A DNA stretch of 64,000 nucleotides from an uncultured Sutterella sp. (GTDB lineage: Bacteria > Pseudomonadota > Gammaproteobacteria > Burkholderiales > Burkholderiaceae_F). The DNA lies in assembly GCA_900544335.1 (NCBI GenBank), contig UQUS01000001.1, forward strand, positions 6,853-70,852. The letters run 5' to 3'. The translations under genes were made by a program, and so were the position numbers. This document shows, piece after piece, positions 56,612-64,000 of the stretch. Below the pieces are notes generated by a model. That model saw only the letters and a program-made list of their open reading frames with translations. It did not search any database and had not been told where the DNA came from. Position 1 is the first letter of the stretch; each line of letters starts with the position of its first letter.

Positions 56612-57316
56612 ATGCCGTTTCTTTTTGCCCCTGTTGCGCAAGCCGTTATTCCCGTTCGGGATACCTCTGACTTTTTCCCCGTTCGTCGTGTTTACGGAGC
56701 AGCTAAGAACTATGCGCCCGATATAGCCACGTGCGAAGAAAAAAAAGGATTTAATCCGCCGGTTTTTTTAAAGTCTCCGGATTGCATCGTCCCGGTACAA
56801 GACGGGGCAACCTATCTGTGGCCGATGCCGCCGCGCACGTCCAAGATAGTTCCGGAATTTGAACTCGTTGCTTGTTTGGGTAAAGGCGGTCGAAACCTGA
56901 CACTGGACCAGGCAAAAGATTGCATCTGGGGCTGGTGCGTCGGCTATGACTTCACTCGCCGCCTTGCTTTGGAAGATCGACCTGACGGAGCTCCGTGGGA
57001 TTTGATGAAGACTCTTGACGGCGGTGCCCCCGTCAGTGCCGTTTGCCCGGCGCAAAGAACAAAACTTCCGAGTGCGGTTGCCATTCGCCTCTATCGGAAT
57101 AACGAGTTGATGCAAGACTCGAGTACGGATTTTATGATTGCTTCACCGGCCGAACTCCTTGTTCAGATTTCTCGCTACTGGGAGCTTCAAGCCGGAGACA
57201 TTGTCTTTACGGGTGCTCCCGTCAATGTGCCGGATGCCGGAATCGGCGATTTGTTTGAAGGCTTCGTTGAAGGTGTTGGGAGCCTTAAGGTACAGATTCT
57301 TCCTGAAAACGCGTAA
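56612..57316 (+). CDS. fumarylacetoacetate hydrolase (FAH)-family protein (YcgM-like)
   Basis: 234 aa with the FAH C-terminal fold motifs. Start at ATG 56612 with a GGAGAA RBS; the ORF-track start at 56456 is rejected. Confidence 0.7.
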   Translation: MPFLFAPVAQAVIPVRDTSDFFPVRRVYGAAKNYAPDIATCEEKKGFNPPVFLKSPDCIVPVQDGATYLWPMPPRTSKIVPEFELVACLGKGGRNLTLDQAKDCIWGWCVGYDFTRRLALEDRPDGAPWDLMKTLDGGAPVSAVCPAQRTKLPSAVAIRLYRNNELMQDSSTDFMIASPAELLVQISRYWELQAGDIVFTGAPVNVPDAGIGDLFEGFVEGVGSLKVQILPENA

Positions 57317-57583
57317 CGAAAGGGCTGTGACGCACTCGGTTGCCGAGAGGCTGATTTTCTTTGGCCGGACTCCGCATCTTTGGAGAAGGCTTGTCTGTCA
57401 ACGCATTCGGTCACACGGGAAAACACGGTCAAGCACGCTCAGGAATATCAAATGCGCTATCGCTACTCAACGATTCCTTGCAAATAAGCTATTGCCAGAT
57501 GGCATATTTTTGTAAAATAAGCTATCGATAGAAGTGCAAAAACGGTAAAATAAGCTATTCAATTAAACGGGCAAGGAAGCGCT

Positions 57584-58879
57584 ATGGATAAGCGGGTTCT
57601 AGAGCAGATTTTGTTGGATCAGCAAGAAGAGTTAGAGCAACGAAGGACCGAACGCCTTTGTTATCGATGCGAACTTGAACGCATCGATTTTCGAAGTCCT
57701 CAGGCGCAAGTGGTCATCGGTGTTCGTCGTAGTGGAAAATCGACCTTGTGTTTCCAGGCTATGGAGAAGGCACAGGTCAAATACGGTTACGTTAACTGGG
57801 ACGACGAACGCTTCATGGATTTCGGCACTGAACAACTCAATGACGTTCTTGAGGTTTTGTACAAAGTTAACGGAGATGTCGATTATTTTTTCTTTGACGA
57901 AATCCAAAATATTCAGGGTTGGCCCTTGTTTGTTAATCGTCTTTTGCGCATCGGCAAACATGTCCTTCTCACCGGATCGAGTGCCAAATTGCTCAGTAGT
58001 GACCTTGCAACGCACTTGACGGGGAGAACGAATGTTGTTTGTCTTTTCCCGTTTTCCTTTTCAAACTTTTGTGAGGTAGAGAGCATCAAAACGGGTCCGA
58101 AATCAACCAAAATCACGGGGATTTTGCGGGCGGCCTTTGATCAATATATGGCTCAAGGGGGATTTCCTGAGCTGATGCAAGTGGCCAACAAGGGGGAGTA
58201 CATTCGATCTTTGGTCAGAGATATCTTGCACAGAGACATTGAACAACGATTTGCCGTTTCGTATAGGGCTACATTTGAGAACTTAACCAATCACTTGCTC
58301 AATGTTGCTCCGGTCATTGTGAGCACGACTAAATTGGCTCAAACTTTTGAGTTCAAAACAGCGCAAACTGTGCGCAATTATGTTCTCTTCCTTCAAAGGG
58401 CATTTCTGTTATCTGGATTGCGTAAGTATTCGAAGAAAAGCAAATTGCGCATGACGCAAGAGAAGCTATATCCGATTGATATGTCGCTAATGAACGAGCG
58501 AGATAATGCTTTCGCCGGAGAAAATCTAGGTTGGCGACTTGAAACCTGTGTTTATTTGGAACTTTTGCGTCGGTACAAAAGTCGAGGATACGATATCTAT
58601 TATTTGCACGAGCGCGCAGGGGAATGTGATTTTCTTGTCTGTCGAGGCAATGTCACACTGCAAGCGATTCAGGTTTCATATGATATAAACAACGAAAAAA
58701 CCCGGAAGAGAGAATTTAAGGGATTGAGGCTTGCTTCACAGCTGACACGCTGCCGGAATTTGCTGATCTTAACGGATCACGAGTCAGGTAATGTAGAGTA
58801 TGAGGGTGAAAAAATCACCATCCGTCCGGTCTATGAATGGGCGCTCGATGGGCCCGATTCAAACAATAAACCCGAGTGA
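57584..58879 (+). CDS. AAA+ ATPase with a DUF4143 C-terminal domain (COG1373-type)
   Basis: Walker A GVRRSGKST and Walker B FFFDEIQ; 431 aa. Confidence 0.8.
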   Translation: MDKRVLEQILLDQQEELEQRRTERLCYRCELERIDFRSPQAQVVIGVRRSGKSTLCFQAMEKAQVKYGYVNWDDERFMDFGTEQLNDVLEVLYKVNGDVDYFFFDEIQNIQGWPLFVNRLLRIGKHVLLTGSSAKLLSSDLATHLTGRTNVVCLFPFSFSNFCEVESIKTGPKSTKITGILRAAFDQYMAQGGFPELMQVANKGEYIRSLVRDILHRDIEQRFAVSYRATFENLTNHLLNVAPVIVSTTKLAQTFEFKTAQTVRNYVLFLQRAFLLSGLRKYSKKSKLRMTQEKLYPIDMSLMNERDNAFAGENLGWRLETCVYLELLRRYKSRGYDIYYLHERAGECDFLVCRGNVTLQAIQVSYDINNEKTRKREFKGLRLASQLTRCRNLLILTDHESGNVEYEGEKITIRPVYEWALDGPDSNNKPE

Positions 58880-58895
58880 AATCACATCACTCGGG
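58871..58895 (-). terminator. hairpin terminator downstream of tRNA-Thr (also the 3' end of the AAA ATPase gene)
   Basis: cccgagtg / cactcggg is an 8-bp stem; T-rich run on the minus strand. Confidence 0.45.
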
Positions 58896-58905
58896 TCGGA
58901 AAATC

Positions 58906-58981
<76 letters not shown>

Positions 58982-59008
58982 AACGGGCGCAATTCTACAG
59001 AATTACGC

Positions 59009-59410
59009 TCAAAGTTTGGTGAAAACGGGGATATCGTTTTCGGGCTTGGTTTTCTTCGGCTCGGGCGTTGTCGTGACAGGGAAGTAACTGACTAGATCGG
59101 TGTTCTCTTTCGGGAAAACAGCCGCAATACGGCAAAGCGGAATATCAATGGCGCAGACCGCTTCACCGAACCGTGTCTTAAAGCGCATACCGTCTTTATC
59201 GAGTTCAAAGTCGCGTGTCGCGAGCGTCGAGACGCAAAGCACAATCGTATTGTCCGAATTGACGTACTCGCGCGGAACCACGCAGGAGTCATCGACGGAA
59301 ACGGCAACGTACGGGGTGTAGCCCTCGTCTTCGCACCAATCCAAGAGTGCACGCACGGCGTGCACTCGGAAGGATTCTTTCGAGAGCGGACCGATATAGA
59401 CATCACGCAT
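59009..59410 (-). CDS. sspB: ClpXP adaptor / stringent starvation protein B (SspB)
   Basis: SspB-like N-domain (YxxxxxRALLDWxxDxxxTPYVxV) plus an acidic/Pro-rich tail. Start at MRDVY (59410) with a GGTGGAG RBS. Confidence 0.8.
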   Translation of the reverse strand: MRDVYIGPLSKESFRVHAVRALLDWCEDEGYTPYVAVSVDDSCVVPREYVNSDNTIVLCVSTLATRDFELDKDGMRFKTRFGEAVCAIDIPLCRIAAVFPKENTDLVSYFPVTTTPEPKKTKPENDIPVFTKL

Positions 59411-59441
59411 AGAAAACTCCACCGGTTGCAAGGCGTTCCGA

Positions 59442-60047
59442 TTAGCGACGCATGACCTTTTCGGAAGGCGTCATCGAATCGATGAAGGCATTGCGCGAGA
59501 AGACACTTTCGGCGTACTTTAAAAGCGGGGCAGCGCTTCGGGGCATTTCGATTTCATAGTGGTCCAAACGCCAAAGAAGCGGGGCGAGCGTGATGTCGAG
59601 CATCGTAAAGTCATCGCCCATCAGGAACTTATTCTTTGCAAGCACCGGCGAGAGCTGTACGAGTTGTTCGCGAATCTGGTCGCGCGCGACCTTCTTGCGA
59701 ATCTCCGTTTCTTCCCGACGCTCTAAAACGCGCACGAAACTAAAGAGTTCGCGCTCGAAGGTGTAGATAAAAAGACGCGCTCTGGCACGCTGAATCGGAT
59801 CGGCCGGCATCAACTGCGGATGCGGAAACCGTTCATCGATGTATTCGTTGATGATGGTCGACTGATACAGTGTCAAATCCCGTTCGATAAGAATCGGCAG
59901 TTCCCCGTACGGATTCATCGCATCGATTTCCGGCGGTTTGTTGAACATGTCGATGTCGTTGATTTCAAAATCACAGCCCTTTTCGCACAACACGAAACGG
60001 CAACGGTGAGAGAACGGACAGGTCGAACCCGAATACAAAACCATCAT
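59442..60047 (-). CDS. sspA: Stringent starvation protein A (SspA, GST-like)
   Basis: Alignable to E. coli SspA along its length (e.g. ...LYSG...ELTLYQSTIINEYIDERFPHPQLMP...LAPLLWRL). Start at MMVLYSG. Confidence 0.9.
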   Translation of the reverse strand: MMVLYSGSTCPFSHRCRFVLCEKGCDFEINDIDMFNKPPEIDAMNPYGELPILIERDLTLYQSTIINEYIDERFPHPQLMPADPIQRARARLFIYTFERELFSFVRVLERREETEIRKKVARDQIREQLVQLSPVLAKNKFLMGDDFTMLDITLAPLLWRLDHYEIEMPRSAAPLLKYAESVFSRNAFIDSMTPSEKVMRR

Positions 60048-60245
60048 ATAAGTGCAGTCCTTATAAAGAAAAGACCATCGGCTAAGGGCAAAAAGAGGCA
60101 CTCTAACCGAAAGAGACGCAATTATAAGAAAGTAGGCATTTTTCTGCTGAAAAATGCGCATAACTCTATGATATAAAATGAAAAATAACCGTCCTCGGCA
60201 ATTTATGAGAATCGGATGCCGAAATGGGTTTACGCCCTTTTGTCG

Positions 60246-60995
60246 CTACACGGGATTGTCAATCTCGATATAGCGGGTTTCAATCCCGAACTGCTCCGTG
60301 ATTTTGCGACCGAGAGCTTGAATGCCGAATCGTTCCGTTGCGTGGTGTCCGCAGGCAAAGTACGGGATGCCGGTCTCTCGGGCGATATGCGTTGTTCTCT
60401 CGGAGATTTCTCCGGAAAGGTAGGCATCGGCGCCGCACTCGGCTGCTTCTTCCAGATAATCCTGAGCGGCTCCCGTGCACCAAGCAACACGCCGAATCGG
60501 ACGCGTTGTCGGTCCGACGACAAGAGGCTGACGTCCGAGCACGCGGGTAATGGTTTCGGTAAGAGTTTGAAGGGAAAGCTCTTTTTCCGTCAATCCCGTC
60601 CAGCCGAGATTGTCTTGCCCGAAGCGCCCCGTGGTCGTAAACCCTAAGGCATTCCCGAAAAGGGCGTTATTGCCGAATTCCGGATGGTCATCTAACGGGA
60701 GGTGATACGCAACGAGGGCAAGACCAGAGTTTAAAAGCGTGGCAATGCGGGCGTGTCGAATTCCGACAATGCGCGCATCGTCGTGCTTCCAGAACCAGCC
60801 GTGGTGAACGAAAAGTGCATCGGCTCCGATACGGACGGCTTCTTTTTCCGCGGCCAATGAGGCCGTGACGGCAAGGGCAATTTTCCGAATCTCTCGACCG
60901 TCGCCTTGAACCTGAAGACCGTTGGGGGCGTAGTCCTTGTACTCGTTCGGATGCAACAAGGAATCGGTGTAGGAAAGAATTTGAGTGATTTGCAT
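60246..60995 (-). CDS. Nif3-family dinuclear-metal-centre protein (YbgI/YqfO-like)
   Basis: 249 aa with conserved His/Glu clusters (HHGWFW...HLPLDDHPE...CGHHATE). Start 60995 with an AAGGAGG RBS. Confidence 0.8.
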   Translation of the reverse strand: MQITQILSYTDSLLHPNEYKDYAPNGLQVQGDGREIRKIALAVTASLAAEKEAVRIGADALFVHHGWFWKHDDARIVGIRHARIATLLNSGLALVAYHLPLDDHPEFGNNALFGNALGFTTTGRFGQDNLGWTGLTEKELSLQTLTETITRVLGRQPLVVGPTTRPIRRVAWCTGAAQDYLEEAAECGADAYLSGEISERTTHIARETGIPYFACGHHATERFGIQALGRKITEQFGIETRYIEIDNPV

Positions 60996-61008
60996 AGCCC
61001 CTCCTTGT

Positions 61009-61833
61009 CTAACAAAGGTGCTTTCGCGCATAGGTAACGCGATCGTTACCGGCAAGATCTTTGACGGTTTCGGCCGGTTCGTACCGACCGTCTTGATTAA
61101 AAAGTGCACGCACGGTACAGGCTTGATCATAGCCGTGTTCTAAAACGAGGAGTCCCCCTGAGACCAAATAGGGAGCGGCTCCTGCAATCAACGTTCGGAT
61201 GCACGTGAGTCCGTCGACATCATCGGTTAGGGCCCCTCGTGGCTCAAAACGCAGGCCCCTTAAATGGGTGTCATCGGGTCGAATGTACGGCGGATTGGAA
61301 ACAATGACGTTGTACTGATGGTGCCCGGAAAGAGACTCGAACCAGTTACCTAAGGAAAAGGAAATCGTCGCCCCTAAACGGCGTGCGTTTTCTTTGGCAA
61401 CGGCAAGCGCGCGGTCACTGATGTCGGTGGCTGTCACACGTGCGCTCGGAAGTTCTTTAGCTAGCGTCACGGCAATGGCGCCGCTTCCGGTTCCGAGGTC
61501 AAGAATTGAGAAGGGCTTTTGGGAATCGACAAGATGAAGAACGGTTTCAATGACGGTTTCCGTATCCGGGCGCGGAATGAGAACATCTGGGGTGACGATA
61601 AAGTCTCGTCCCCAAAAGGATTGGGTGCCCAAAAGATAGGTTGTCGGAAAGCCCCCTCGGACACGCTCAATCCAATCGAAAAACGTGGCTTGCGTTTTTT
61701 CGGAAACGACGGTTTCGGGGTGCGCAATGAGGCGTTCTTTGGCGACACCGAGCAGTTTTGCGAGCAAGAGTAATGCGTCGCTACGGGGTACTCCCGTCGC
61801 GCTTTGCAGCAAGTCGGCAGCCGTTGCCATCAA
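61009..61833 (-). CDS. prmC: Release-factor glutamine methyltransferase PrmC (HemK)
   Basis: NPPY motif (VIVSNPPYI) and SAM motif LDLGTGSG; overlaps the prfA stop. Confidence 0.9.
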   Translation of the reverse strand: MMATAADLLQSATGVPRSDALLLLAKLLGVAKERLIAHPETVVSEKTQATFFDWIERVRGGFPTTYLLGTQSFWGRDFIVTPDVLIPRPDTETVIETVLHLVDSQKPFSILDLGTGSGAIAVTLAKELPSARVTATDISDRALAVAKENARRLGATISFSLGNWFESLSGHHQYNVIVSNPPYIRPDDTHLRGLRFEPRGALTDDVDGLTCIRTLIAGAAPYLVSGGLLVLEHGYDQACTVRALFNQDGRYEPAETVKDLAGNDRVTYARKHLC

Positions 61834-62912
61834 GCCTCACCGAGTTCGGCCAAAAGTTCGGCTTGGTGCTCGGTTGTCAGAGCCGTGATGATTTCATCTA
61901 GGTCTCCGTCCATGATGGCATCCAAGCGATACAGCGTCAGGTTGATGCGGTGATCGGTTACGCGCCCTTGCGGATAGTTGTAGGTACGAATGCGCTCGCT
62001 TCTATCGCCGCTACCGACAAGGTTTTTGCGTTCGCTGGCGCGGTCACTGCGTTGCTTTTCCACTTCAGCCGCATAGAGGCGACTCGCAAGAATCGCCATC
62101 GCTCTATCCTTGTTTTGGTGCTGACTGCGCTCGTCTTGGCATTCGACAACAAGTCCTGTCGGAATGTGCGTGATACGCACGGCCGAGTCTGTCTTTTGCA
62201 CGTGCTGACCACCGGCGCCTGAGGCGCGATACACATCGATGCGCAGGTCGGCCGGGTTAATTTTGACTGCTTCGACTTCATCGAGTTCCGGCAAAACGGC
62301 AACCGTGCAGGCCGAGGTGTGAATTCGACCGGCGGCTTCCGTTTCCGGGACGCGCTGCACACGATGTCCGCCCGATTCGAATTTAAGTTTTGAGTACGCC
62401 CCTTCGCCGATAATCCGACAGATGACTTCTTTATAGCCTCCTAAGTCACTTTGGTTTTTGCTGGCGATTTCAACTTTCCAGCCCTGCCGCTCTGCATAGC
62501 GCATGTACATGCGAAGAAGGTCCCCGGCAAAAAGAGCCGATTCATCGCCGCCCGTGCCGGCTCGAATTTCCAAATAGATGTTGCGTTTGTCGTTCGGGTC
62601 AGTCGGAAGGAGCATCAGTTCCATATCTTTTTCCAGGGCCTGAAGTTTTTCTTCTCCGAGTTCGATTTCCTCTTGAGCAAGTTCGCGCATATCAGGGTCT
62701 TGAGCCAACTCTTTGGCGGCGGCAATGTCGGCTTCGGCCTTCTCGTACTCTTTCATTTTTATCGTCAGAGGCTCGATTTCTGCGCGCTCGCACGACAAAT
62801 CGCGGAAGCGATTCATGTCGTTGGTTGCCTCAGGGGAGGCAAGCATGGCATCGATTTCTTCAAGGCGACGGCAAAGTCCGAGGAGTTTGCTGCGCATGCT
62901 GTCTTTCATCAT
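61830..62912 (-). CDS. prfA: Peptide chain release factor 1
   Basis: GGQ motif ([14 protein letters not shown]) and PxT-region; 360 aa. Confidence 0.95.
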   Translation of the reverse strand: MMKDSMRSKLLGLCRRLEEIDAMLASPEATNDMNRFRDLSCERAEIEPLTIKMKEYEKAEADIAAAKELAQDPDMRELAQEEIELGEEKLQALEKDMELMLLPTDPNDKRNIYLEIRAGTGGDESALFAGDLLRMYMRYAERQGWKVEIASKNQSDLGGYKEVICRIIGEGAYSKLKFESGGHRVQRVPETEAAGRIHTSACTVAVLPELDEVEAVKINPADLRIDVYRASGAGGQHVQKTDSAVRITHIPTGLVVECQDERSQHQNKDRAMAILASRLYAAEVEKQRSDRASERKNLVGSGDRSERIRTYNYPQGRVTDHRINLTLYRLDAIMDGDLDEIITALTTEHQAELLAELGEA

Positions 62913-62953
62913 GGTCGGAGAAAATCAGAAAATAAATTAAAAAGTATAAACGG

Positions 62954-64000
62954 CTAATTGCGGTGCGGGCGGAAAAAGTCCGCCACGGCAGTCGCTTCGC
63001 CGGTTGCTGTTTTGTCTGCACACGTCTTTAAAAAGACGGTCGGATCGTGCGCAAATTTGCGTGTCAGATTGCGAGTCAGGCGCTTGAGAACCGTATCGGG
63101 ATCGACGCCGGCGGCTAGGGCTTTTCGAGCGAGTCGATATTCGGCATCTCCGAGGGCCTTGGCTCTTTCGCGTAAGGTCAGAACCGACCCGACGGCGCGG
63201 CGTGCTTTTTGCCAGCGCAGGAATTCTTCCAAGCGTAAGGCAACGAGTTCCTCGGCTTTTTTTACAGCGCCCGTGCGGCTTTCTTTTCCGGCTTGAACGA
63301 TATTGCCTAAGTCGTCGATGGTGTAGACAAACACATCGGCTAGGTCGCGCACTTCGGGCTCGACATCACGCGGGACAGCCAAATCGATAATACAAATCGG
63401 TTCGCGGTTTCTTTCTTTGACGGCGCGAGCCAGCATTCCGAGACCGAGAATCGGCAAAGCCGAAGCCGTGCAGGAAACGATGATATCGTAGTGACTGATG
63501 ACATCGGGTAAGTCCTGAAGGCGAATAGCCGTTCCTTTGTAGCGGGCGGCTAAAGCCTGCCCGCGATTAAGCGAGCGGTTTGCTACGGTAATCTCTTTGG
63601 GATTGCGCGCCCCGAAGTGAGCCGCGCACAGTTCAATCATTTCGCCTGCGCCGATATAAAGAATGCGACGCTGCGATAAGTCCCCGAAAAGGCGTTCGGC
63701 AAGACGAACGGCCGCCGAAGCAAGACTGACGGAATTGCGTCCGATTGTCGTGTGCGAGCGCACGAGTTTAGCGGTGGAAAAAGCCGTTTCAAAGAGGTGA
63801 TTTAGGTAAAGCCCCAGACCGCCTGCCTTGCGGGACTGCTGTACGGCTTTTTTGGTTTGCCCGGCAATTTGCGTTTCCCCGAGGACCATCGAGTCAATGC
63901 CCGAGACAACGCGGTAGGCGTGCAAGACGGCTTGCTCCCCGGTAAACGTGTAGAGATAGGGTTCAAGTTCTCGAGTCGTTACGCCTTTGGTTTCTGAAAG
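62954..64000 (-). CDS. hemA: Glutamyl-tRNA reductase HemA (partial; N-terminus beyond the window end)
   Basis: GIDSMVLGETQIAGQ and NAD-binding GAGEM motifs. The reading frame stays open to position 64000 (...LEPYLYTFTGEQAVLHAYRVVSG). Confidence 0.9.
   Translation of the reverse strand, partial: LSETKGVTTRELEPYLYTFTGEQAVLHAYRVVSGIDSMVLGETQIAGQTKKAVQQSRKAGGLGLYLNHLFETAFSTAKLVRSHTTIGRNSVSLASAAVRLAERLFGDLSQRRILYIGAGEMIELCAAHFGARNPKEITVANRSLNRGQALAARYKGTAIRLQDLPDVISHYDIIVSCTASALPILGLGMLARAVKERNREPICIIDLAVPRDVEPEVRDLADVFVYTIDDLGNIVQAGKESRTGAVKKAEELVALRLEEFLRWQKARRAVGSVLTLRERAKALGDAEYRLARKALAAGVDPDTVLKRLTRNLTRKFAHDPTVFLKTCADKTATGEATAVADFFRPHRN

Noticed and set aside
57482-57560. CRISPR-like array
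   Set aside because: Only three 11-bp repeats with 22-bp spacers and no cas genes. This is far too short for CRISPR and was treated as regulatory direct repeats instead.

Overview
This 64 kb window reads as proteobacterial chromosomal backbone, about 55-58% GC, most likely from an anaerobe-leaning betaproteobacterium (Burkholderiales-like), though no lineage can be assigned from sequence alone. Gene order is classical for that group: a HIT gene followed by tatA-tatB-tatC; trpS; a conserved kdsD-kdsC-lptC-lptA-lptB-rpoN-ptsN-rapZ block; prmA-accC-accB; hslV-hslU; hemB, engB, mnmA; dcuB divergent from a class I fumarase; sspA-sspB; and hemA-prfA-prmC. About 60 CDS are densely packed. There is one tRNA-Thr(UGU), one decayed ABC-exporter pseudogene, and no IS element, CRISPR array or rRNA. 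The most interesting signals are: (1) a 24-codon Trp-rich leader peptide (W-W-L-W) with mutually exclusive antiterminator and terminator hairpins, i.e. a classic trp attenuator, placed upstream of a stand-alone TrpB2-type tryptophan synthase beta gene that sits right after trpS; (2) TrpS carrying a C-terminal YegP/DUF1508-like extension; (3) a TatA with a ~140-residue Ala/Pro/Lys-rich histone-H1-like tail; (4) a paralog of the fumarase alpha (Fe-S hydro-lyase) domain that has lost the cluster-ligating cysteines, located directly downstream of the class I fumarase gene; (5) an eight-gene TonB-dependent metal-uptake island (TonB-dependent receptor, SAM methyltransferase, ZnuABC-like transporter, TonB-ExbB-ExbD) preceded by a perfect 15-1-15 bp palindrome; (6) three 11-bp direct repeats at exact 33-bp phasing upstream of a DUF4143 AAA ATPase gene that abuts the tRNA-Thr; and (7) a DksA retaining only one of the four zinc-finger cysteines. 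Nothing in the window looks like a recognisable defence system. The ORF track appears to accept TTG/GTG as starts, so many of its ORF starts are too far upstream; features list the start I favour with the reason.
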